Source of the DNA: Candidatus Dormiibacterota bacterium
GTDB lineage: Bacteria > Chloroflexota > Dormibacteria > Aeolococcales > Bog-877
Assembly: GCA_963804565.1 (NCBI GenBank)
Contig: CAWDQV010000001.1
Location: 320,214-384,213, forward strand
Direction: 5' to 3'
Length of the DNA: 64,000 bases
A program made the translations under genes and the position numbers. Shown here in pieces: positions 29,420-37,785 of the stretch; the stretch's first letter is position 1; each line of letters starts with the position of its first letter. The notes below the pieces were generated by a model that was given only the letters and a program-made list of their open reading frames with translations, made no database searches and was not told where the DNA came from.

Positions 29420-29995
29420 TTAGACCGGAACGCCCCAGAGAGGGAACCAGGAGCTCAGGTTCGGCTCGACTGGGAGATCGTCCTTGACGATCGCCGCCAG
29501 GCGCAACTCTTCGGCGTTGTCTCGCTGTCGCTGGCCGGTTGGGACGAAGGGGTAGAACGTCCCCTGTTTGTAACCGTAGATCCAGTAGATCTTGCGAGAG
29601 CCCTGGAGGAAGGGGAACACCGAGGCCAGCAGACAGTCCCCCAGTCCTTCGTCGACCAGCCCCTGGGCCACGCCGTGCAGGGCGGCGATCAGGGACTCGA
29701 ACTCGGAACCCTCGATCACCAGCCAGGCAAAGCCCAGGTCGTCCTTGACCTCCCTAGCCTTCAGAGCGTCGCCGGGGGCGGTGGTGTCCTGGACCTGCAG
29801 CATGTCCATGGTGTCCTTGGTCAGCTGATCGAAGCGCCCCGGCGGCAGCGACTTGAAGAGGACACCCACCTGCCCGGCCGGCTGGAGCGATGCGGAGACC
29901 TGCATGGTCACCAGAGCGGTGCTCATGGCGAAGACCTTGTCTTCGTTGGGCTTGGGGAGCCGAGTCCGCCCGGTGAGCGAGTCCAGGAATCCCAA
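29420..29995 (-). CDS. Conserved hypothetical protein co-transcribed with htpX (possibly the PspA-associated PspAB family)
   Basis: Intact 191-aa ORF starting 13 nt after the htpX stop. The family name is from memory of Psp neighbourhood annotations and is not verified. Confidence 0.5.
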   Translation of the reverse strand: MGFLDSLTGRTRLPKPNEDKVFAMSTALVTMQVSASLQPAGQVGVLFKSLPPGRFDQLTKDTMDMLQVQDTTAPGDALKAREVKDDLGFAWLVIEGSEFESLIAALHGVAQGLVDEGLGDCLLASVFPFLQGSRKIYWIYGYKQGTFYPFVPTGQRQRDNAEELRLAAIVKDDLPVEPNLSSWFPLWGVPV

Positions 29996-30007
29996 AGGAG
30001 ATCTGCT

Positions 30008-30944
30008 CTAGCTGGAGAGCTCAGACTCCAGGTCGCGCAGCTTGGCCAGCCGGTGCTCCAACGAGGGATGGGTCGAAAAGACCTCCGCCAGGCTGCCCTT
30101 GCCGATGTGGACCGCGGGAAAGATCATCAGGGCGTTTGCACTCTGTACCTGGCGTAGATCTTGGGTCGGGATCCGGGACATCGTTCCGCTGATTTTCTGG
30201 AGCGCTGAGGCAAGCTGGGCGGGATCCCTGGTGATGATCGCCGAGCCCCGGTCGGCCGCGTATTCCCGGTAGCGCGAGAGGGCTCGAATCAGCACGAAGC
30301 TGATCGCCCAGACCACCGCCGCGACCAGGATGATCAAGATCATCCCTTGCCCTTCGCTGCGGCCGCCGCCACGCCCGCGACCGCCGTAGCCGGCGCCCAT
30401 CATGCCGAAGCCGCCGAACATCCCGAACCACATCCCCGACTGGACGATCAGCGCTGCCACCGTGGCGAAGAAGCTGGCCATAGCCATGACCTTCACGTCC
30501 TTGTGGATCACGTGGCTCAACTCGTGGGCCAGGACAGCCTCGAGTTCCTGGGGCTCGAGCTGGGAAAGGATCCCGCGTAGTAACCGCCATCACTGCGTGC
30601 TTGGGATTGCGTCCAGTGGCCAGCGCGTTGGGGACCGGAGAAGGAATCACCGCGATTTGAGGCATTGGCGTTCCGGTGATCTGGCAGAGGCGACCCACGA
30701 TGTCGAACAACTGCGGCTGCTGCTGAGCTGTCACCAGGTGAGCGTGGAGACTGCTCAGGACCAGCTTGTCGGAAAAGAAGTACTGGGCGACCAGCAAGAT
30801 CGCCACCACCACCACGATCAGGGCTACGCCGGTGTGGAGCAGCAACAAGACCCCGATAAAGGCCAGATAGACGAGCGCCAGCAAGAAAAGCGCCAGAAAC
30901 ATCCGGGCAGTCAGGCCAGCATCGGCGCCCAGTTTTCGGTGCAT
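30008..30944 (-). CDS. htpX: M48-family zinc metalloprotease HtpX (one frameshift near 30572-30580)
   Basis: N-terminal TM part in ORF 30021..30944 (..PNALATGRNPKHAVMAVTT). The other frame gives ..GILSQLEPQELEAVLAHELSHVIHKDV (HExxH) ..YREYAADRGSA..HPSLEHRLAKL (ORF 30008..30520). Confidence 0.85.
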
Positions 30945-30961
30945 ACGTCCCCTATATACCC

Positions 30962-30988
30962 GTTTCCACTGGATTTACGCGTGGAACC
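30962..30988. promoter_or_regulatory. Inverted repeat GTTTCCAC-N11-GTGGAACC in the htpX / pspA-2 divergent spacer (candidate operator)
   Basis: Read directly; 7 of 8 positions pair. Lies 18-44 nt upstream of the htpX ATG (30944), next to an AT-rich TATATA at 30953-30958. Function is inferred only. Confidence 0.3.
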
Positions 30989-31203
30989 GTCATCCTCCAC
31001 CCGCCGGCTGGGAATCAGCTGGGATTTCCCGTCGACTCGCTCCAGAGAGAAGCCGGCTCAGCCGTTCGGCTCGATCGGTGGCACCTGGGATCGCTCCGCG
31101 GCGGGGCACTTCCTCTGTGAGCGGCCCCGATCTGGAGTCGGCGCTAACATGTCGGCGACGAACGCGGCTGCTGAGACTCTGACCTGAGGGAGCGCTTTAC
31201 ATA

Positions 31204-32022
31204 GTGGAACTGATCTACATCGTGATCGCCGTGGTCGTGCTGGGAGGCGCCTCGCGTACTTCGGTTGGCAAGCGCACCGTCAACTTGGCCCAGCAGAAGA
31301 TCACCCACCTGCTCAACCGAGCCGAGAACCCCGTCGAGGCGCTCGACCTCGCCTACCAGAAGCAGATCGAGGCGCTGCAGCAGGTCAAGCGTGGCGTGGC
31401 CGAGGTGGTGACCTCGGAAAAGCGCCTGGAGCTTCAGGCAGCCCAACTGCGGCAGAACCAGGTGAAGCTACAGGGCCAGGCCAAGCTGGCGGTGCAGCAG
31501 GGGCGGGATGACTTGGCGAGGCTGGCGCTGACGCGGTCCCAGGCTGCCGACGTCCAGCTTCAGTCTCTTGATCAGCAGATCCAACAGCTCAAGGACCAGG
31601 AACAGAAACTGCAGCTCACCGCTCAAAAGTTGCAAGGCCGGGTTGAGTCATTTCGGACTCAGAAGGACACCCTGAAGGCGCAGTACTCCGCCGCCCAGGC
31701 GTCCGCTCGAATCGGAGAGACGGTCACGGGCATCTCCACCGACATGACCGACGTCAACCTCATGTTGGAGCGGGCCCAGGACAAAACCTCCCAGATGCAG
31801 GCCCGAGCGGCGGCCATCGACGAACTCGTCTCGTCGGGGACCCTCGATGCGCTGGGAAGCTCTGGCGATGACATCGACCGCCAGTTGCAGGCGGTATCTG
31901 GGGACGCTGCCATCGAGGCGCAACTCAGCCAATTGCGGCATGAGGTGCTGGCCAAGCCCGACGACGCCGCCAAGCTCACCACACCGGACCCGTCAACGAA
32001 GCCGCCGAAAGAGGGAGATTAG
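31204..32022 (+). CDS. pspA: PspA/IM30 family protein, paralog 2, with hydrophobic N-terminal segment
   Basis: Intact 272-aa ORF (GTG start). ..KRTVNLAQQKITHLLNRAENPVEALDLAYQKQIEALQQVKRGVAEVVTSEKRLELQ.. is highly similar to paralog 1. Confidence 0.88.
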   Translation: MELIYIVIAVVVLGGASRTSVGKRTVNLAQQKITHLLNRAENPVEALDLAYQKQIEALQQVKRGVAEVVTSEKRLELQAAQLRQNQVKLQGQAKLAVQQGRDDLARLALTRSQAADVQLQSLDQQIQQLKDQEQKLQLTAQKLQGRVESFRTQKDTLKAQYSAAQASARIGETVTGISTDMTDVNLMLERAQDKTSQMQARAAAIDELVSSGTLDALGSSGDDIDRQLQAVSGDAAIEAQLSQLRHEVLAKPDDAAKLTTPDPSTKPPKEGD

Positions 32023-32025
32023 GGA

Positions 32026-32292
32026 ATGCTGCACGCCGTCGCATTTATCGTCATTGGACTGGTCATCGGCGCCTTCTTCATCCGCAAGGCTCGGGCAACC
32101 GCTGCGGTCATCCGAGTCGTCGGCGGCTTGATAGGGTCACTTGGTGGGGGGTTCATCTCACTGGCCGCCCTGGGTAGCAAGACTGACACGGGGAAGTACG
32201 GATCGATCGTGATCGCGATTGTGGTGGCGATCGTGTTCGCTGCGATCGCGTCGGCGATCAGCAACGTGGCGCAGGTTAGCGGCAGGAACTGA
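32026..32292 (+). CDS. Small three-TM membrane protein, GlsB/YeaQ/YmgE-like
   Basis: 88 aa. IVIGLVIGAFF / VVGGLIGSLGGGFISLAAL / GSIVIAIVVAIVFAAIASAI. Starts 4 nt after the pspA-2 stop. Confidence 0.55.
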   Translation: MLHAVAFIVIGLVIGAFFIRKARATAAVIRVVGGLIGSLGGGFISLAALGSKTDTGKYGSIVIAIVVAIVFAAIASAISNVAQVSGRN

Positions 32293-32354
32293 CGATCCGC
32301 CGCCCCCCAGGAAGCGGCGAGAGCGACGATCTCGCGCTCTCTATGAGGAGCAGT

Positions 32355-33332
32355 TCAGAGGGCGCGCCCGGCCAGGTAGGCGGCCGCCGCCTCGGCGTCC
32401 CTGACCATGCGCCCGATCAACGCACGATCACTGGCGAAGCTCTCCTGGTCGCGCAACTTCGCGAGCACGCCCACCAGTACTAACTCGCCGTAGAGATCCC
32501 CGGGATCCTCCAGACAGTGGACCTCAAAGCGGCGCTCCGTTCCACCAAAGTGCGGCCTGGTGCCGATGCTCCCAACGGCTCCGCAGGTGACGCCACGCTC
32601 GCTCGTGAGTTCCATCGCATACACGCCGTCCGAAGGCAATGCTTGATTGGAGGAGAAGGAGACGTTGGCGGTGGGGAAGCCGAGTTTCCGCCCCATCCTC
32701 TCCCCGTGGACGACCTCGCCCAACACCTGTAGCGGCCGACCGAGCATCGCTTGAACTGCGTCCAGTGAGCCGCGCGCTAGTTGCTGGCGAATCGCCGAGC
32801 TGCTAACCGGCTCGCCCTGCCATTCCAGAGGATCCACGACCCTCACCGTGAATCCGGCCGGCCCGGCGTAGCCCTGCAGGAAGTCGAGCCGGCCCTCGGT
32901 TCCCTTGCCGATCGAGAAGGTGGGGCCGACAACCATCACCTGGAGCTTCAGACGCTCCCGGAGACGGTTCATGAAGGTATCCGGTGTCATGCGCATCAAT
33001 CGGTGGTCGAAGGGAATCACCCAGAGCCTGTCTACCCCACGCTCGACCAGCAACCGCCGGCGCAGATCGAAAGTACTGAGCAGGCGGAAGTCCAGCTCAG
33101 GATCGATCACAGTCCGGGGGTGGGGCTCAAAGGTGATCGCGGTCAGCGAGACGGCCAGCCGATCGGCTTCCTCTCGGGCCGCGGCCAGGATCGCCTGGTG
33201 ACCGATGTGTACTCCATCGAAGTTCCCGAGGACCAGGCAGGTCGGGAGTTTCACTCGAGGCTCAATGTCCAGCCCCAACCCGAAGTCGGCCCGTCCCGCC
33301 GGACTCGGTGGGGAGTTCGCCGATTCAGCCAC
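32355..33332 (-). CDS. ribF: Bifunctional riboflavin kinase / FMN adenylyltransferase
   Basis: ..VLGNFDGVHIGHQAILAAA.. plus C-terminal kinase GERMGRKLGFPTANV..RPHFGG. truB-ribF synteny. Confidence 0.93.
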   Translation of the reverse strand: MAESANSPPSPAGRADFGLGLDIEPRVKLPTCLVLGNFDGVHIGHQAILAAAREEADRLAVSLTAITFEPHPRTVIDPELDFRLLSTFDLRRRLLVERGVDRLWVIPFDHRLMRMTPDTFMNRLRERLKLQVMVVGPTFSIGKGTEGRLDFLQGYAGPAGFTVRVVDPLEWQGEPVSSSAIRQQLARGSLDAVQAMLGRPLQVLGEVVHGERMGRKLGFPTANVSFSSNQALPSDGVYAMELTSERGVTCGAVGSIGTRPHFGGTERRFEVHCLEDPGDLYGELVLVGVLAKLRDQESFASDRALIGRMVRDAEAAAAYLAGRAL

Positions 33333-34293
33333 TGATCGGCAGGAAGACCTTGGTCGGCCGAAAGCGCAGCCCCGTCACCTCTCCCAGTGCTACCAATCTC
33401 CCATCGGGCCCATGCGCCCTCACCTCACGGTCGGCGGGTGGCTCATCCGGGAGGGTTTTTGGGGCACGCTGGATCCAGACCGACTGGCCACGCTGCACCG
33501 CGAGGGCTCCGGCCGGAAGAAGGTCGACGCGGGGCAGCATCTCCACCGCAACCTCCGGTGGCAGCAGATACCCACGCGGGTTTGGGGACTCCATCAGCTC
33601 GTCCAGCCTCACCGCATCGGCGATCTTGAAGGGGCCGTACTCGGTCCGTTCAAGCCAGGCGAGAACCCCGCCAACCTGGAGGCGCTCCCCGAGATCCGTG
33701 GCCAAGACTCGGAGATAGGTACCCCGACCGCACACCACCTCCACCTCGGCCTCTGCCACGTCTCCCGGAGTGAACGACCGGAGAGTGATGCGACGGATCT
33801 CTGCGGGTCGGGACTTCCGCTCAACGGTTACCCCCTGCCGCGCTAGCTCGTAGAGATGGCGGCCCTGATGCCGCACCGCCGAGTGCATGGGTGGCACCTG
33901 CTGCACGATCCCGACGAACTCCTCCAACGCGGCGGCCACCTCCGACTCGGCTAGGTGGGCCGCCGAACCGGATCGATGCACCTCGCCCTCGAGGTCCCCG
34001 GTGTCGCTGACCTCCCCCAGTCTGAGCCGCGCATGGTACGTCTTGGGCTGGCGCAGGATGTACTCGACCAGCCTGGTGGCACGTCCCACACACAGAGGAA
34101 GGACACCCGTCGCAGCCGGGTCCAGCGTGCCAGCGTGCCCCACGTGGCGCTCGTCGAGCGCGCGCCGCGCCATCTTGATAGCCATGAAGGAGGTGATTCC
34201 CTCAGGCTTCGATAGATTGAGCAGGCCCGTCAGCATTTGGGCTTCGCCCTTGGTGCTGCTGCGGTTACGCCCGACCCCGGGGGCTGCGGTCAC
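33325..34293 (-). CDS. truB: tRNA pseudouridine(55) synthase (start may be the internal ATG at 34236)
   Basis: LLNLSKPEGITSFMAIKMARRAL..VGHAGTLDPAATGVLPLCVGRATRL. Confidence 0.93.
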   Translation of the reverse strand: MTAAPGVGRNRSSTKGEAQMLTGLLNLSKPEGITSFMAIKMARRALDERHVGHAGTLDPAATGVLPLCVGRATRLVEYILRQPKTYHARLRLGEVSDTGDLEGEVHRSGSAAHLAESEVAAALEEFVGIVQQVPPMHSAVRHQGRHLYELARQGVTVERKSRPAEIRRITLRSFTPGDVAEAEVEVVCGRGTYLRVLATDLGERLQVGGVLAWLERTEYGPFKIADAVRLDELMESPNPRGYLLPPEVAVEMLPRVDLLPAGALAVQRGQSVWIQRAPKTLPDEPPADREVRAHGPDGRLVALGEVTGLRFRPTKVFLPISG

Positions 34294-35261
34294 TGGGGAG
34301 CGGCTCTGATCAGCCGTCGCGCCTCGGTTAGCACAGCTGTCTCCACCTCTGAGATCGCCCCCTGGATTTCAGCTCCGGCGGCCCGACGGTGGCCGCCGCC
34401 TCCGAACGGAGCCACCAGGCTGTGAGCCTCGATCGGGTCGCGGCTGCGGACGCTGACCCTGGTGAGCCCGGGTTCCGCCTCCTTGAAAAGTACCGCGCAG
34501 AGCATGGTGTCGAGAGTTTGGAGGATGTCGATGATCCCCTCGCTCTCCTCCATCTCGGCTCCGACCTTCCCGAGGCTGGCCAACGTGACCTCGCTCCACA
34601 CCAGCCTGCTCTGCAGCTCGTATCTGGTGGCCGCGAGCACGAGTGCCTGCAGCTTGAGGGTGGTCTCTGGACGGGACTTGTAACTCTTGAGCGCCACCCA
34701 GGCAGGGTCGGCCCCTAGTCCAGCCAACTCGGCGCCGATCTGTAGTACCGCTCCGGTCGTGTTGTCGTGGCGAAAGCCGCCGGTGTCGGTGAAGATCGCA
34801 GCGTAGAGATTGGTCGCCGCCTCCGGATTCACCCGTGCCCCCCAGGCCTGCAGCGCCTCGAACACGATCACTCCGGTCGCGGCCACCTCCGGCTTGACCA
34901 GTGAGATGTCCCCGAAACCCTCGTTGCTGGCGTGGTGGTCGATCACGATCGTCAGAGGCGCAGCCTCGATCCGCTCGCGCAGGTTGCCAAATCGACTTGG
35001 GCTTCCGGCGTCGAAGGCGATGGCGACGGCATCCGGCGGCGCGGCTCGTTGGTTGACCGCCTCGTATCCGGGCAGGTAACCAAGCCCGGCAGGCAGTGGA
35101 TCTGGAACCCATGGGTACGGCCGCTTCCCCTCCCCCTTCAGGTAGTCGGCGAACGCCAGGACGCTGCCAAGCGAGTCGGCATCGGCATCCTTATGAGCGA
35201 CCAGCAGGAAGTCCTGGTGGTCCGCCACCACCTGATGGATCCGTTCGAGCGCGTCAGTCAC
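34290..35261 (-). CDS. nrnA: DHH-family phosphoesterase (NrnA-type oligoribonuclease / pAp phosphatase)
   Basis: LLVAHKDADADSLGS.., VIDHHASN, DTGGFRH, GGGHRRAAG motifs. Confidence 0.85.
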   Translation of the reverse strand: MTDALERIHQVVADHQDFLLVAHKDADADSLGSVLAFADYLKGEGKRPYPWVPDPLPAGLGYLPGYEAVNQRAAPPDAVAIAFDAGSPSRFGNLRERIEAAPLTIVIDHHASNEGFGDISLVKPEVAATGVIVFEALQAWGARVNPEAATNLYAAIFTDTGGFRHDNTTGAVLQIGAELAGLGADPAWVALKSYKSRPETTLKLQALVLAATRYELQSRLVWSEVTLASLGKVGAEMEESEGIIDILQTLDTMLCAVLFKEAEPGLTRVSVRSRDPIEAHSLVAPFGGGGHRRAAGAEIQGAISEVETAVLTEARRLIRAAPQ

Positions 35262-35655
35262 CGGCTCTACTCCGGCGCAGCTTGGGCGGATTGTCCAAGG
35301 TGTTCAGAATCTGGCTCACCCGCACCCCGTAGGCGATTGAATCGTCGAGGCGTATGTCCAGCTGAGGGATCCGACGCATGTGTTCCAGGCGTTCACCCAA
35401 ACGGTGGCGCAGGAACCCGGTCATGCTCCGAAGCACCTTGAGCACCTGCTCGCGCTCGGGGTCCTCGGCCAGCACGCTGACCTTCACCCGAGCGTACGAG
35501 AGATCGGGGGCGCAGGCGACAGCTACCACGGTCACCATCGAGAGCCTCGGGTCTTTCACATCGCCGGCAATTGCCAGAGCCAACTCCTGTCGAAGCTGAA
35601 CGTCGATCCGCTCCCGACGGTGGCTGGCCGTTGACTCGCGGGCTGATCTCACCAA
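35254..35655 (-). CDS. rbfA: Ribosome-binding factor A
   Basis: ..RRERIDVQLRQELALAIAGDVKDPRLSMVTVVAVACAPDLSYARVKVSVL. Confidence 0.9.
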   Translation of the reverse strand: MVRSARESTASHRRERIDVQLRQELALAIAGDVKDPRLSMVTVVAVACAPDLSYARVKVSVLAEDPEREQVLKVLRSMTGFLRHRLGERLEHMRRIPQLDIRLDDSIAYGVRVSQILNTLDNPPKLRRSRAGD

Positions 35656-35682
35656 CAGTTCAGACCGCAGGTCGCGCCCGAG

Positions 35683-37512
35683 CTAGCGATTTCGCTGTTC
35701 CACCACGTAGCACTCCAGGATGTCCCCCTCGGCAAAATCCTGGTAGTCGCCCAGGTCGATTCCGCACTCATAACCCTGGGCAACCTCCCGGACGTCGTCC
35801 TTGAAGCGCCGCAGCGAGACCACCTGGGTGCGGTGGATCTCCTTGCCGTCTCGCAGGACGACCGCCAACGATCCCCGGGTGATCTTGCCCTCGCTCACCT
35901 GGCTCCCGGCGATTACCCCTACCCTGGGCACTCGGATCCGCGCCTTGACCTCCGCCCTCCCCTCGAAAACCTCCTCAAAGGTGGGCTCGTGGAGTCCGCG
36001 GATGGCCTTTTCGATGTCCTCGGTGATCTGGTAGATCACGTCGTAGGTTCGAACGTCGATGCCGTGGCTGTCCGCCAGCGCCTTGGCGGTGGGGTCCGGC
36101 CGAACGTTGAATCCCACCACGATCGCGTTGGCGGCGGCGGCCAGGTCGACGTCGGCTTCAGAGATCGGCCCGACCCCGTCGGCTACCAGCCGGAGCCGCA
36201 CCAGCGGATCCGAGAACCTGAGCAGCGCCGCGCGCAGCGCCTCGAGCGAACCGTGGCTGTCGGCCTTGATTACGAGGTCCAGGTCGCGCAGGCCCTCCCC
36301 CGACTGCTTGCTGAGCTCAGCCAGGCTGACTCGGTTGACGTCCGACTGACCAGATCGCAGCGCAAGCCGGCGCTGCTCCGCCAGCGCCCGGGACTCGCGC
36401 TCCGTCTCCTCGACCAGGAGCCGATCCCCGGATGTGGCTACTTCAGGGAAACCGGTGACCAGCGCCGGCAGCCCGGGAGTCACCTCGTCGGTCCGCTTCC
36501 CGCGGTCGTCGAAGAGAGCTCGAACCCGACCGGCGACTGCACCGACCACAAAGTAATCCTGAACCCGAAGAGTCCCTTCCTGGACCAGCACGGTCGCCAC
36601 CGGGCCCTGGCCACGCTGAAGGTTTGAGTCGATTACCACAGCCTCCCCTGGCCGATCGGGGTTGGCCCGGGGCTCGCCCAGGTCGCTGACCAGCAGGATC
36701 ATCTCCAAAAGGTGGTCGACCCCCTCTCCGGTCTTGGCCGAGACCGGGACGCAGACGACGTCGCCGCCGAAGTCCTCGACCACGACCCCGTGCTCGGCCA
36801 GCTGCTGCTTCACCCGGTCGGGGTTGGAGTCGTCTCGGTCCATCTTGTTCAGGGCGACCAGTAGCGGCACTCCCGCGTTGCGGGCATGCTTGATGGCCTC
36901 TTCGGTCTGGGGCATCACGCCGTCATCGGCGGCCACCACCAGGACCGCCAGGTCGGTGATGTTGGCCCCACGCGCCCTCATGGCCGTGAATGCCTCGTGC
37001 CCAGGGGTGTCGATGAAGGTGATCTTCCGACCTTCACGCTCCACCACTGAGGCCCCGATGCGCTGGGTGATTCCGCCGGCTTCCCCAGCCGCCACCGAGG
37101 TCTTCCGGATGGCGTCGAGAAGGCTGGTCTTGCCGTGGTCGACGTGACCCAGGACCGTTACCACCGGCGGCCTCGGCTGGAGGTGCCCGGCATCTGCGTC
37201 TGCCTGGAACTGGTCACGGTCGAGCATTCGCTCGACCGGGGCGGCCGCTTCCGGTTCCGCGTCGGCAATCTCGATCTCAAGTTGCTCCGCGACCAGGCGC
37301 GCAGTCCCGGCGTCGATGCTCTGGTTGATGGTGGCGAGAATCCGGTTCTGCATCAGAACCTTGGAAACCTCGGCGGGCGAGACGCCTAGGGCATCTGCGA
37401 GCGACTTGACGGTGAGGTTGGCGGGAAGCGAAGCCTGCTTGACCTGTGCGATGAACTCATCCTCCTTGGACTGGAGCTTGCGACCCCGAGCCGATGTGGC
37501 GGGGAGAACCAG
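35683..37512 (-). CDS. infB: Translation initiation factor IF-2 (start unresolved)
   Basis: GTPase motifs VLGHVDHGKTSLLD, DTPGHEAF, NKMD. The IF2_N-like LTVKSLADALGVSPAEVSKVLMQNRILATINQSID lies upstream of the ATG at 37353. The frame opens at 37515 and the only candidate start there is CTG at 37512. Confidence 0.93.
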   Translation of the reverse strand: MVLPATSARGRKLQSKEDEFIAQVKQASLPANLTVKSLADALGVSPAEVSKVLMQNRILATINQSIDAGTARLVAEQLEIEIADAEPEAAAPVERMLDRDQFQADADAGHLQPRPPVVTVLGHVDHGKTSLLDAIRKTSVAAGEAGGITQRIGASVVEREGRKITFIDTPGHEAFTAMRARGANITDLAVLVVAADDGVMPQTEEAIKHARNAGVPLLVALNKMDRDDSNPDRVKQQLAEHGVVVEDFGGDVVCVPVSAKTGEGVDHLLEMILLVSDLGEPRANPDRPGEAVVIDSNLQRGQGPVATVLVQEGTLRVQDYFVVGAVAGRVRALFDDRGKRTDEVTPGLPALVTGFPEVATSGDRLLVEETERESRALAEQRRLALRSGQSDVNRVSLAELSKQSGEGLRDLDLVIKADSHGSLEALRAALLRFSDPLVRLRLVADGVGPISEADVDLAAAANAIVVGFNVRPDPTAKALADSHGIDVRTYDVIYQITEDIEKAIRGLHEPTFEEVFEGRAEVKARIRVPRVGVIAGSQVSEGKITRGSLAVVLRDGKEIHRTQVVSLRRFKDDVREVAQGYECGIDLGDYQDFAEGDILECYVVEQRNR

Positions 37513-37765
37513 AGATCATACCCGCCACCACATGTGCCACGGCGTCACCGTCTACGACCTCCGCGCGCAGCCGGAGTGCGCGACCCAGGGCCCGGCGCCT
37601 CCTGGCGGCGTCCCAGCAACTCATCTTGGCACACAGATACGCGCCGCGACCAGGGCCTCGAGTCCCCAAGACTTCGGCGACTACCCGGTGGCCGTCCCAG
37701 CGCAGCCGCAGCAGGCTCTCCTGCGGTGCCTTGGTGCGACAGCCGATGCAGGTGCGAATCGGCAG
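37457..37765 (-). CDS. ylxR: YlxR/RnpM-family RNA-binding protein (DUF448); start uncertain
   Basis: Hand translation PIRTCIGCRTKAPQESLLRLRWDG..GTRGPGRGAYLCAKMSC. nusA-ylxR-infB synteny. No canonical start after the nusA stop (CTG at 37765 is possible). Confidence 0.75.
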   Translation of the reverse strand: MPIRTCIGCRTKAPQESLLRLRWDGHRVVAEVLGTRGPGRGAYLCAKMSCWDAARRRRALGRALRLRAEVVDGDAVAHVVAGMISGSPRHIGSGSQAPVQGG

Positions 37766-37785
37766 ATGGACCGGATCGGGAGCGG

